From the NCBI GenBank assembly GCA_964635565.1, contig CAZWON010000003.1:5345-69344 (forward strand): a stretch of DNA of 64,000 nt. Direction: 5' to 3'. This DNA comes from an uncultured Planctomycetia bacterium (GTDB lineage: Bacteria; Omnitrophota; Gorgyraeia; Duberdicusellales; 4484-171). Positions 19,917 through 29,220 of the stretch are shown one piece after another. Under the pieces are notes generated by a model. The model worked only from the letters and a program-made list of their open reading frames with translations, had not been told where the DNA came from and searched no databases. The number at the start of each line of letters is the position of its first letter. Position 1 is the stretch's first letter. A program made the position numbers and the translations under genes.

Positions 19917-21188
19917 CTATTTACTCTTTTTTCTTTTAAAAACCCTTGCGGGTACTCCTACAACAATAGTATTTGATTTAACTGGTTTAGTTACTACCGA
20001 GCCTGCTCCTGTCATAGCACCTTCACCTATATTAGCAGGAGCCACAATTACTGTTCCCGAACCAATAAAGGCTCTTTTTCCTATAGTAGTATTGTGTTTT
20101 CTTTTGCCATCGTAGTTAGCAATAACTGTCCCTGCTCCAATATTGACAGCTTCGCCTACAGTAGTATCTCCTATGTAGCTAAAATGTTTCATTCTTACGT
20201 TTTTCTTAAGGACACTCCGGTTTATCTCCGTGAAATTACCAACTTTACTATTATCCTCTATTTTACTATGAGCACGAATGTGAGCAAAAGGCCCAACTAC
20301 ACAGTTGTTGCCAATTATAACATTTTTCTCAATAAAGGTAAAGGGATACACTATAGAATTTATCCCTATCTTTGTATCAAAACTTACAAATGTAGTCTCA
20401 GGATCAACAATAGAAACCCCTCTGCTCATAAGTTTCTCCAGAAATCTCTGATTTATAATTTTACGCACCAAGGCGAAATTTTTTTGAGTATTAACCCCCA
20501 GAATCTCCTCTTCATCATCTACAATAAAACTTTCTATCTTAAACCCTTTGTTATAAAAAATATTTATAATATCAGTAAGAAAAAACTCTCTCTTTTTTTT
20601 ATTTAATTTAATTTTACTTAATTCCTTAAAAAGAAAATTTTTCTTAAAACAATAAATTCCACTATTTACCTCTTCGTTATCTCTGCTTTTAATGTTTGTC
20701 TTCTCTATGATGGCTTTTATTCTATTAGATGAATCACGAATAACCTTCCCTAAATCACTTTTCTCTTTAAACAAAGCGGTAATAATAGCACAATCCGCAT
20801 CTTTTTTAAAGAAAAAATTTATAAATTTCTTCAACGTATCTTTTCTAATAAGAGGGGTATCGCCACATATAACTAAAAGATTTCTCTTTTCCTTCAGAAA
20901 ATCCTTAGTAGCCTCTACTGCTTTTGCTGTGCCATTTTGTCTTGGTTGCACTACAAAACGAACATTTCTAAATTTTCTGTAAACCACTTGCTGTATTTTT
21001 TCTCTTTTATGTCCTACAACGAGAAAAATTTCATCGATCATTTTTATAGAAGATAAAGTCTCTAAGATATAAAAAATAAGAGGTTTACCTCCTAAGTCTA
21101 AAAGAACTTTAGGAACATTTGTTCTTGTTCTTTTACTTTTCCCTGCCCCTAATACTACTGCTGTTACTTTTTTTACCATTGTCTCCAT
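19917..21188 (-). CDS. glmU: Bifunctional GlcNAc-1-P uridyltransferase/acetyltransferase
   Basis: GAGKSKR..PK, GDTPLI, EVNSGIY, GPFAHIR, HFSYIGD, NIGAGT..NYDG. Confidence 0.92.
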   Translation of the reverse strand: METMVKKVTAVVLGAGKSKRTRTNVPKVLLDLGGKPLIFYILETLSSIKMIDEIFLVVGHKREKIQQVVYRKFRNVRFVVQPRQNGTAKAVEATKDFLKEKRNLLVICGDTPLIRKDTLKKFINFFFKKDADCAIITALFKEKSDLGKVIRDSSNRIKAIIEKTNIKSRDNEEVNSGIYCFKKNFLFKELSKIKLNKKKREFFLTDIINIFYNKGFKIESFIVDDEEEILGVNTQKNFALVRKIINQRFLEKLMSRGVSIVDPETTFVSFDTKIGINSIVYPFTFIEKNVIIGNNCVVGPFAHIRAHSKIEDNSKVGNFTEINRSVLKKNVRMKHFSYIGDTTVGEAVNIGAGTVIANYDGKRKHNTTIGKRAFIGSGTVIVAPANIGEGAMTGAGSVVTKPVKSNTIVVGVPARVFKRKKSK

Positions 21189-21286
21189 TTAAAAACCAAG
21201 AGAAATTCTCTCTTATGTTTATATACAAAGTAAAGTGACATCTCTGAATCTGCTCTTTTTTATGCCTCTTTGGTATATTTACTCCT

Positions 21287-21358
21287 CTGCCCGGTGAGGA
21301 CTCGAACCTCAAAACCCAGATCCAAATTCTGGTGTGTTACCAATTACACCACCGGGCA
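21287..21358 (-). tRNA. tRNA-Gln (TTG)
   Basis: Reverse complement TGCCCGGTGGTGTAATTGGTAACACACCAGAATTTGGATCTGGGTTTTGAGGTTCGAGTCCTCACCGGGCAG folds as a cloverleaf with anticodon TTG and T-loop TTCGAGT. CCA is not encoded. Confidence 0.93.
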
Positions 21359-21399
21359 ATAAAATTAAAACTCTTATTTCTAAAACCTGTTTTAAAAAT

Positions 21400-21456
21400 C
21401 CCTAATACATCAGAACAAATCCTGCATCCGGTATGTTACCATTACACCCTACTCTC
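21400..21456 (-). pseudogene. Decayed tRNA-Gln-like fragment
   Basis: Minus strand GGTGTAATGGTAACATACCGGA aligns to GGTGTAATTGGTAACACACCAGA of the adjacent tRNA. Anticodon stem and T-arm are lost. Confidence 0.5.
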
Positions 21457-21561
21457 CCTCTTTTTTAAAAACTCAAAAAAACCATCTCAACGTAAAAATC
21501 TCCTTCTTCTAAAGGAAAGCGGGATATATATGCCCTGGTAATCTTTAGTACTTAAATCTTT

Positions 21562-21969
21562 TTAGGTAGAACTTTCCTGTTTGTCTGAGGTCTCTTTATG
21601 TTCAGAAGACTTCTCTTTGTAGTATGCATCTAAAACTTTACTTTGAAGATAATCTCTAAACTCTTGATTTATAGGATGCGCCAAGTCTTGATGTGTGCCT
21701 TGTTTATCTTTGGAAATATCTTTTGGTGGCGGAGGAAGCTGTACTCCACAGTAACTACAATATTTTCCCCCTACATCTACTTTTCTTCCGCAGCGAGGAC
21801 AAAACTGTTTTAACTTTCTTGCTGGCATGGCTACAAAAAGACCATTGTTGCCTTCGATTACTTTAATATTTCTCACTACGAAAGAATTATCAAAAGTTAC
21901 TGTTGCATACGCCTTCAATCTTTTACCTTCTCCTTCCCGAAGAGAAACTCTTACTTCTGTAATATCCAT
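21562..21969 (-). CDS. spoVG: SpoVG family protein with zinc-ribbon insertion
   Basis: MDITEVRV, LKAYATVTFDNSFVVRNIKVIEG, LFVAMP, DLAHPIN; insert CPRC...CSYC. Confidence 0.92.
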   Translation of the reverse strand: MDITEVRVSLREGEGKRLKAYATVTFDNSFVVRNIKVIEGNNGLFVAMPARKLKQFCPRCGRKVDVGGKYCSYCGVQLPPPPKDISKDKQGTHQDLAHPINQEFRDYLQSKVLDAYYKEKSSEHKETSDKQESST

Positions 21970-21984
21970 AAAGAACCCCTCCTT

Positions 21985-22902
21985 TTAATAAGTTTGTGCC
22001 AAAAAAACTAAAAAACCCTTCTCCCGCATTTTTTGTGCCAGGGCATTAATCTTTTTCTTTATAGTGTGAGAGTAATTTCTTAATAGGACAAATAATGTAC
22101 TTCCCGATCCTGTTAATTGACAAAAAAAACCTCCCTTTCTAAAAGATATCTTAATATCTCTTAGTTTTTTACACACAGCCATTGCACTTTTCTCTAAAGC
22201 ATTGTAGCTCGTTTTTTCCACTAGAAGATAATCTTGTCTTTTTAAAGCATGAATTAATATATTAACATTGTCAATAAATTTTGTCAAACCAACTTTTGTT
22301 TTCCTATAAATATCCGCAGTGGAAATCGGGATATTAGGATAGACTAAAAGATAATGCAACCTTGTACTTATATCAAGAGGTTTTACTTTTTCTCCCCTTC
22401 CTTCTACATAAGCCCAAGGACACTCTGCAAGAAAAAAATTAACATCACTCCCTAACTGTCTGCCTATTTTTGTCAATTCTTCAAAGCTCAGCTTCAAATT
22501 TAATATCTTATTGACTCCTAAAATAACAGAAGCAGCATTCGAAGAGCCCCCTCCTAAACCACCTCCTATAGGAATATTTTTTTTTAAATAAATATTTAAT
22601 CCATATTTTAGATTGTATTTCTCCTTTAATAGAGAGGCAACTTTTACACATAAATTATCTTCTTTCTCTAAATTTTTTTTATTACAAGAAAAATATATAT
22701 CCTCTCCAGAAGTAACTTCTATAGTTATCTCATCAAACAGATTAATCCTGTTTATAATACTTTCAATCTTATGAAATCCATCTCTGTATTGTTCTATTAT
22801 ATTAAGGTAAAGATTTATTTTGGCAGGAGAATAAACCTTAATTCTTTGAGGAACGGATAAAATCTTCCACTTTTTTTGCAATATAGGGACTCGCCAGCTC
22901 AT
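21985..22902 (-). CDS. ispE: CDP-ME kinase (start uncertain)
   Basis: SPAKINLYL, KNIPIGGGLGGGSSNAA, LGSDV, TGSGS. Confidence 0.93.
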   Translation of the reverse strand: MSWRVPILQKKWKILSVPQRIKVYSPAKINLYLNIIEQYRDGFHKIESIINRINLFDEITIEVTSGEDIYFSCNKKNLEKEDNLCVKVASLLKEKYNLKYGLNIYLKKNIPIGGGLGGGSSNAASVILGVNKILNLKLSFEELTKIGRQLGSDVNFFLAECPWAYVEGRGEKVKPLDISTRLHYLLVYPNIPISTADIYRKTKVGLTKFIDNVNILIHALKRQDYLLVEKTSYNALEKSAMAVCKKLRDIKISFRKGGFFCQLTGSGSTLFVLLRNYSHTIKKKINALAQKMREKGFLVFLAQTY

Positions 22903-23776
22903 AAGCATTGAGTAATTCTTCTGGTGACCCTGATTGACCAAAACGGTCATTTACGCCTACACTCTCTACCCACACAGGACACTTTTTACTCAGGATTTCA
23001 CATACACTAGAATACAATCCTCCGGTTGTCTGATGCTCCTCACATACAATAATCCGTTTATAGCGTTTTGCTAAACTTATTATAAGTTCCTCATCTATAG
23101 GTTTTATTGTATGAATATTAACTATAGTAGCGGAAATCCCTTTACTCTTAAGAATCTTATTAGCTTCTAAAGCTTGATATACCATAATTCCACAGGCAAT
23201 TATTACTAAATCTCTGCCCTCTTCTAAAATATAACCCTTACCCAGAATAAATTTCTTTTTATTCTTTAAGGTAGGAACTTTGGCTCTCCCTAGTCTAATA
23301 TAAAAAGGCCCAGAAGTTTCATAGGCACTTAATACAGCATATTTTGTCTCTAAAGCATCCGCAGGTACTATGATTTTAATATTAGGAATAGACCTTAATA
23401 AAGCTATATCTTCTAAAGCTTGGTGAGAAGAACCGTCCTCTCCTACGGTAATACCCGCATGAGTAGCAACTATTTTCACGTTAAAATTGTTATAACATAT
23501 CGTATTTCTTATCTGATCAAGAGGCCGTGCTGTAGCAAACATTGCAAATGTAGAGACAAAGACAACTTTTCCACAGCTGGCAAAACCAGCGGAAGCAGCC
23601 ATCATATTCTGTTCTGCTACCCCAAAATTAAAAAATCTCTCAGGAAATTCTTTAGCAAACATAGAAGTACGTGTTGAACCAGAAAGATCAGCATCTAAAA
23701 CCACAATGTTACTATCTTTTCGTCCCAATTCTAAAAGAGTCTTCCCATAAATATCCCGCGCGTATAATAGTTCCAT
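22838..23776 (-). CDS. Transketolase, C-terminal subunit
   Basis: DADLSGST, GVAEQNM, GEDGSSHQALED, YIRLGR, IKPID, EEH. Confidence 0.93.
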   Translation of the reverse strand: MELLYARDIYGKTLLELGRKDSNIVVLDADLSGSTRTSMFAKEFPERFFNFGVAEQNMMAASAGFASCGKVVFVSTFAMFATARPLDQIRNTICYNNFNVKIVATHAGITVGEDGSSHQALEDIALLRSIPNIKIIVPADALETKYAVLSAYETSGPFYIRLGRAKVPTLKNKKKFILGKGYILEEGRDLVIIACGIMVYQALEANKILKSKGISATIVNIHTIKPIDEELIISLAKRYKRIIVCEEHQTTGGLYSSVCEILSKKCPVWVESVGVNDRFGQSGSPEELLNAYELASPYIAKKVEDFIRSSKN

Positions 23777-23781
23777 TCTAT

Positions 23782-24618
23782 TCAGTTAATATCTTCCAAT
23801 AATCTCTTATCCAACTCCTCCAAGGCAATTTTCTTCTCCTCTTCTGAAGGGGCCCTACCATGAAAATCTACCACATTCTCCATAAAAGAAATTCCTTTAC
23901 CCTTTATTGTTTGAGCGATAATTACTGTGGGTTTACCTTTAACTGTTTGGGCCTTATTAAAACACTCCAAAAGCTCTTCTATATTATGACCATCACATTG
24001 AACTACATACCAACCAAAGGCTGTCCATTTATCCACCAAGGGTTCTAAATCTATAACTTCCTCTACTCTCCCATCTATTTGAAAATGATTATAATCTACA
24101 ATCCCACAAAGATTATCAACCTTAAAGTGTGCTGCTGCCATTGCTGCTTCCCATATATTACCTTCCTGTAATTCTCCATCCCCCATAAGGCAATACACAC
24201 GGTAGTATTGTCTATCAAGCTTACCTGCTAAACCCATCCCCAACGCAACACTTAAACCCTGCCCCAATGATCCACTTCCCACATCTATACCAGGTATGCG
24301 GGAATCAGAATGACCTTGGAGAAGGGCGCCGAACTTTCTAAGATTCCAAAGCTTATCTTTATCAAAATAACCACATAAAGCCAACGCAGCATAAAGTGCT
24401 GGACAAGCATGCCCTTTAGAAAGGTGAAATCTATCTCTCTGTGGCCAATTAGGGTCTCTGGGATTATGGCGCAATACATCAAAGAAAAGGCAGGTAATTA
24501 TCTCTGTAGAAGATAAAGAACCGCCGGGATGTCCACTTCTTGCACGAGCAAGCATCTCAATTATCAACCTTCTTATCTCATTCGCCTTTTGTCTGAGATT
24601 TTTTATCTTCTCTTTCAT
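23782..24618 (-). CDS. Transketolase, N-terminal subunit
   Basis: SGHPGGSLS, DRFHLSKGH, GSLGQG, GDGELQEG TPP motif. Confidence 0.94.
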   Translation of the reverse strand: MKEKIKNLRQKANEIRRLIIEMLARARSGHPGGSLSSTEIITCLFFDVLRHNPRDPNWPQRDRFHLSKGHACPALYAALALCGYFDKDKLWNLRKFGALLQGHSDSRIPGIDVGSGSLGQGLSVALGMGLAGKLDRQYYRVYCLMGDGELQEGNIWEAAMAAAHFKVDNLCGIVDYNHFQIDGRVEEVIDLEPLVDKWTAFGWYVVQCDGHNIEELLECFNKAQTVKGKPTVIIAQTIKGKGISFMENVVDFHGRAPSEEEKKIALEELDKRLLEDIN

Positions 24619-25567
24619 ACTCAGTGATTTTCTCTTTCAACGATTTACTTTGAGGGTCTAATTCCAACCCCTTCTTATAATAATCAAGGGCAATATCTAT
24701 ATCGTTAAGTTTAATATACAAATCTCCTATATGCTCATAAATTACAGGATCTTTAGTATTACTAACTGCCTTTTTTAGATATTCCTCCGCCTTCTTGTAA
24801 GATTGGCGCTTAAAATATACCCATCCTAAACTATCAAGGTAAGCACCATTATTAGGATCCTGCTCCAAAGCTTTTTTAATCATTTCCTCTGCTTTATCTA
24901 AATTTATACCTTCCTCTGCATATACATAACCTAATGCATTCAATGTATTAACGTGCGAAGGATTTTCTTCGAGAATCTTCTCCCATATCTCAATTGCCTT
25001 CTCTCTGTTACCTTTTTCATCATATAGATAGCCCAGAAGATAACGAGCATCAATATAATCAGGATGTATCTTTACAATTGTTTCATATAATCTTATAGCA
25101 TCATCTATTCTTTTCCTGTAGAAATAAAACTGAGCTAAATATTCAGAAACTTTGGTATCTTGAGGGCGAAGCTGATGTGCTTTCTCTAAAAACTCTCCAT
25201 ATTCATCTTCTAACTCTTTATTTTTACCTAAATAAGAGTAAAGAAAAATAAGACCCAACGAAGCTTCTAAGTTCTGAGAATCTAATTTTTTAACTTCTTT
25301 AAGTTCCTTTTCTGCCTCTTTCAGTTTCCCTAACCTTACCAATACAAAAGATATCTTTATCCTAATATCACTGGAATCGGGATCTATGCTTTTTGCCTTG
25401 TTAAATGCTTCCAGCGCCTCTTTATATTTCCCCTCATTAAAATAAGAAAGTCCCTTAAGATAGTTACCGTAAAGAAAAGAGAGGTTTTTTTGGCTAAAAG
25501 AAAAAACAGGGAAAGAAAAAAATAATACTATACTACTTACAAGAGCAAAAATAAAGATTTTTTTCAT
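24578..25567 (-). CDS. Exported TPR-repeat protein
   Basis: Signal peptide; TPRs including LNALGY, AYLDSLGWVY, IYEHIGD. Confidence 0.85.
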   Translation of the reverse strand: MKKIFIFALVSSIVLFFSFPVFSFSQKNLSFLYGNYLKGLSYFNEGKYKEALEAFNKAKSIDPDSSDIRIKISFVLVRLGKLKEAEKELKEVKKLDSQNLEASLGLIFLYSYLGKNKELEDEYGEFLEKAHQLRPQDTKVSEYLAQFYFYRKRIDDAIRLYETIVKIHPDYIDARYLLGYLYDEKGNREKAIEIWEKILEENPSHVNTLNALGYVYAEEGINLDKAEEMIKKALEQDPNNGAYLDSLGWVYFKRQSYKKAEEYLKKAVSNTKDPVIYEHIGDLYIKLNDIDIALDYYKKGLELDPQSKSLKEKITEYEREDKKSQTKGE

Positions 25568-25572
25568 TATGC

Positions 25573-25662
25573 TTATTTGTTCTTATGTCGTTGTTGTTTC
25601 CTTCTTTTTTTAAACCAGTGTCTTTTTACTTTCTTCAACTTTTTTTTTCTTCCACATGGCAT
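25573..25662 (-). CDS. 29-aa basic protein, AURKAIP1/COX24 (bS22-like) family
   Basis: Below the ORF-track size cut-off. MPCGRKKKLKKVKRHWFKKRRKQQRHKNK with SD GGGAGG 6 nt upstream. Confidence 0.8.
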   Translation of the reverse strand: MPCGRKKKLKKVKRHWFKKRRKQQRHKNK

Positions 25663-25679
25663 AATTGTCCTCCCTACCG

Positions 25680-26555
25680 TCAATAAATAAGCTTATTTAA
25701 AGGGTACTCAATAATTCCCTGGGCACCTTTTTCTTTAAGCTTAGGAATTAAATCCCGTACCTTTTTCTCCTCAATAATTACCTCCAAAGCATACCAATTT
25801 TTAAGAGTTAAAGGAGAAATGGTCGGATTCTTAAGGGAAGGAAGGAGGGTCAATATTTTTTTTAAATCTTTACCTTTCACATTCAACTTAAGACCTACCC
25901 TACCATCTGCTTCTAAAGCTCCCTTAAGAAGTAGAATGAGATAGTCTATCTTCTTCTTTTTCCACTTATCCTTATATGAGCTTTTATTGGCAATGAACTG
26001 CGTAGTAGAAATACAAATGGTAGCAATTTCCTTTAAGCCATTTGCTTTAAGAGACTGGCCTGTTTCAGTAAGTTCAACTATAGCATCTACAAGACCACTT
26101 TTTACCTTTACCTCTGTGGCTCCCCAACTAAATTCTACATCGACTTTGATTCTTTTCTTTTTAAAAAAACGCTTTGTAAAATTAACTAACTCCGTAGCGA
26201 CTCTCCTTCCTTCCAAATCGGTAAGCTTTTTTATAGAAGAATCTTCTCTCACAGCAACTACCCAACGCACGGGCTGTTTTGTTCGCTTGGCGTAGACAAG
26301 CTCTGCGAGCTTTAAAACCTTGGAGTTATTTTCTATTATCCAATCTTCTCCCGTAATCCCACAGTCTAAAATACCTTTCTCTACGTAATGAGAAAGTTCC
26401 TGAGCTCTTACCAAAACAGGCTTAATTTGATTATCGTCAATAGAAGGAAAATAAGAACGACCTTCTACATTAATCTCAAACCCTGCTTTTTTAAATAAAG
26501 AAATGGTTTTATCCTGTAAACTTCCTTTAGGGAGACCTAACTTTAATATCTTCAT
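25680..26555 (-). CDS. hisG: ATP phosphoribosyltransferase (long form)
   Basis: LGLPKGSL, DCGITGED, SWGATE, DAIVELTETG, C-terminal regulatory domain PTISPL. Confidence 0.95.
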   Translation of the reverse strand: MKILKLGLPKGSLQDKTISLFKKAGFEINVEGRSYFPSIDDNQIKPVLVRAQELSHYVEKGILDCGITGEDWIIENNSKVLKLAELVYAKRTKQPVRWVVAVREDSSIKKLTDLEGRRVATELVNFTKRFFKKKRIKVDVEFSWGATEVKVKSGLVDAIVELTETGQSLKANGLKEIATICISTTQFIANKSSYKDKWKKKKIDYLILLLKGALEADGRVGLKLNVKGKDLKKILTLLPSLKNPTISPLTLKNWYALEVIIEEKKVRDLIPKLKEKGAQGIIEYPLNKLIY

Positions 26556-26580
26556 AGTATTAACCTCAAAGCGAATTAAA

Positions 26581-26609
26581 ATTATACAATTTTAAATATA
26601 ATTTGTAAA
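26581..26609 (-). promoter_or_regulatory. Putative sigma70 promoter for hisG
   Basis: Minus strand TTTACA-17 nt-TATAAT; SD GAGG precedes the ATG. Confidence 0.55.
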
Positions 26610-26749
26610 GTAAAGTTTTTATAACAACCAAAAAGCACCTTTCCCTAACCAGCCACTTACAACTTTTATAATCACCTTCTTTTAGAACTAATTCTTTACG
26701 GACTGATTTTGGTGATGGAATCAGATAATGTATAAAATAGAAAACTTCT

Positions 26750-27832
26750 TTATTTCTCTTTATCTCTACTCAATATTTGTTTTACAGCATCGAATACTTC
26801 CTTTACTCTGATATCACGCAAACATTTCTTATCATACAAACATCCTCTAAATTTAAACATTTTATAACAAGGCCTACAGGGAATGTCTTTCTTAATTACT
26901 ATCCCTAAAGTCTCATTAGGATATAACCCATATACATTTTCATCTACAGGTCCAAATAATACTACAACTTTTTTCCCCAGAGCCTGAGCAATATGTAAAG
27001 GCCCTCCATCATTAGTAACTACAAGGTCGCAAAAAGAAAGGACACTGCAAAATTCTTTAAGTGTTAACTTGCCCGCCAAATTCACTGGCTTAAAGTTAGA
27101 AAGATTATATACTTTATCAACAACAGAAATCTCCTTAGAAGAACCAAAAAGAACTACTTTTGCTTCCAATTCTTTGATAAGTAAATTCACAAGATAAGCA
27201 AAATATTGCTCTGGCCATCTCTTATAATAAGCTCTCTCATTCCAGCTGTCACCTGAACCAGGGACTAAACCAATGAGCAAATCATCTCTTTTTATATTGT
27301 ACTTCTCTAAGAATACCTCTGCTTTCTCCCAATCTTCTTTCTTAAAAAAAATGTCAAACTTATAGTCCCTCGTCGGTATATTAAGAAACTTGGCTAATTC
27401 TAAATAGTAATGTGCCACGTGTTTATCTTTATAATATAAGATATTAATCTTGTGAGTTAAAAAATGTCTTCTGTTCTTAAAGCTGAAACCTATTCGTTTT
27501 TTTATATAGAGAGTTTTTAAAAAAAGTCTATAATAAGGGTTCAAAGATAAATCAAAAACAACATCATATTTTTCCTTTTTAATATTTCTCCAGAATGAAA
27601 CGGCTCTTTTTAAAAAAGATACTTTTGACCTTCTTAAATCTTTCCTCCACTCGTCTTTTTCAAAAATAAAAACTTTATCTAAGAAAATATTATCTTCAAG
27701 TAAAGGAAATGTTCGGCGATTAGAAATATAACCAATATAGCTGGAAGGTAAATGCTCTTTTATGTTTCTTATAAGAGGAGTAGTAAAAAGTACATCTCCT
27801 ATGCCAAAAGGATTAAAAATAAGTATTTTCAT
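26750..27832 (-). CDS. GT9 LPS heptosyltransferase
   Basis: GIGDVLFTTP, KRWP, NLAGKLTL, TNDGGPLHIA, LFGP, CRPC...C. Confidence 0.9.
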   Translation of the reverse strand: MKILIFNPFGIGDVLFTTPLIRNIKEHLPSSYIGYISNRRTFPLLEDNIFLDKVFIFEKDEWRKDLRRSKVSFLKRAVSFWRNIKKEKYDVVFDLSLNPYYRLFLKTLYIKKRIGFSFKNRRHFLTHKINILYYKDKHVAHYYLELAKFLNIPTRDYKFDIFFKKEDWEKAEVFLEKYNIKRDDLLIGLVPGSGDSWNERAYYKRWPEQYFAYLVNLLIKELEAKVVLFGSSKEISVVDKVYNLSNFKPVNLAGKLTLKEFCSVLSFCDLVVTNDGGPLHIAQALGKKVVVLFGPVDENVYGLYPNETLGIVIKKDIPCRPCYKMFKFRGCLYDKKCLRDIRVKEVFDAVKQILSRDKEK

Positions 27833-27837
27833 AGAAA

Positions 27838-29214
27838 CTAATAAGTATCGAACCTCTTTATATCATCTTCACCGAGGTAACTGCCAATTTGCACCTCAAT
27901 AACAATCGTCATCTTAGAGGTAGGGTTATAAACTTTATGCCTTATTCCTTTGGGAACATAAATACTTTCATTTTTCTTAATCAGGAATTTCTTCTCCCCT
28001 AGGGTAACTTCTGCTTTCCCTTCTACAATATTCCAATGTTCACTCCGATACCTATGCCGTTGTAAAGAGATAAACTTTTTAGGGTATATTCCTATCTCCT
28101 TTACCTTATAATTATTTCTTTCTATAAGAATAGTATAGTAACCCCACGGTCTATATACCGTGGCACTCTCTTTAACATGGGGAATCTTTTTCTTTCTTAA
28201 ATAAACTGTGAAATCCTTCACTCTATCTGATTCACCTCTTTTCATTATAAGGATGGAATCAGAACTCTCTATAAGAAGTATATCTCTAACTCCCAGCATA
28301 CCAACGAACTTTTCTGGAGAAAAGGAAAAGCATCTTTCACTATCAAAGAACTCCGCATTTCCAATACTGATGTTGTTTTCTCCCGAAGAGAAATAATCCC
28401 ATACACTTTCCCAACTCCCCATATCAGACCATTTAGCTTTAAGTTCTAATAACACAGCTCGTTGGGTTTTCTGCATAATGGCATAGTCTATAGAACGAGA
28501 AGGGCATTTAATAAAATTAGAAAATACATCATGGTAACTTCCAAGCGTATACTTAAAAATATCAGGGGCATATTGCTTCAACTCATCAAAAAATACTTCT
28601 CCCTTAAAAACAAAAACTCCTGCATTCCAATAAGCATTTTTTTTCAGCAACCATTTTATTTTATACTTTGAGGGTTTTTCTACAAACTCAAAAACTTTAT
28701 ATCCCCATAAGATTTTCTTCCCCTTTAGAATATACCCATAGCCGGGATTAGCAGAATAAGGCCTTATTCCAAAAACTACCACATAACCATTATCCGCTAA
28801 TACCTGCGCTTTCTTCAATGTTTCAATAAACTTACTGACAGGCTTAATAATGTGGTCTGAAGGAAAAACAAAGAAAATCTCTTCCCTGAACTTTTTCTGT
28901 GACTTCATTGCTAAAACAACAGCAGGGGCTGTACTTTTAGGATAAGGTTCTAAGATAATATTCTTTTTAAGATGTGCTTTTGTTTTCCTATTAATATTTA
29001 AAAGATTGTCAATCTGATTAATAATGTGGAACTTATAACTTAAAGAAGTAACAACAATGATATCTTTTGCTTCAAAATACTTAAGAAGCCTCTTTACTGT
29101 AAGCTGGAACAGAGATTCTTTCTTTATAAATTCCACAAACTGTTTGGGATAATTCTCCCTTGATAATGGCCACAGTCTTGTCCCTTTCCCTCCTCCTAAA
29201 ACTATTGCTTTCAT
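27838..29214 (-). CDS. manC: Mannose-1-phosphate guanylyltransferase / mannose-6-phosphate isomerase
   Basis: GGKGTRLWPLSR..PKQF, PSDH, FVEKP, SIDYAIM, WSDMGSW, cupin RPWG..SLQRHRYRSEHW. Confidence 0.94.
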   Translation of the reverse strand: MKAIVLGGGKGTRLWPLSRENYPKQFVEFIKKESLFQLTVKRLLKYFEAKDIIVVTSLSYKFHIINQIDNLLNINRKTKAHLKKNIILEPYPKSTAPAVVLAMKSQKKFREEIFFVFPSDHIIKPVSKFIETLKKAQVLADNGYVVVFGIRPYSANPGYGYILKGKKILWGYKVFEFVEKPSKYKIKWLLKKNAYWNAGVFVFKGEVFFDELKQYAPDIFKYTLGSYHDVFSNFIKCPSRSIDYAIMQKTQRAVLLELKAKWSDMGSWESVWDYFSSGENNISIGNAEFFDSERCFSFSPEKFVGMLGVRDILLIESSDSILIMKRGESDRVKDFTVYLRKKKIPHVKESATVYRPWGYYTILIERNNYKVKEIGIYPKKFISLQRHRYRSEHWNIVEGKAEVTLGEKKFLIKKNESIYVPKGIRHKVYNPTSKMTIVIEVQIGSYLGEDDIKRFDTY

Positions 29215-29220
29215 TACATT

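Noticed and set aside
21332-21541. 69-aa plus-strand ORF
   Set aside because: Antisense to tRNA-Gln and its decayed copy
26610-26749. Possible his attenuator or leader upstream of hisG
   Set aside because: No His-rich leader peptide or T-box; only a weak ctgatt/aatcag stem, and the predicted promoter lies downstream of it
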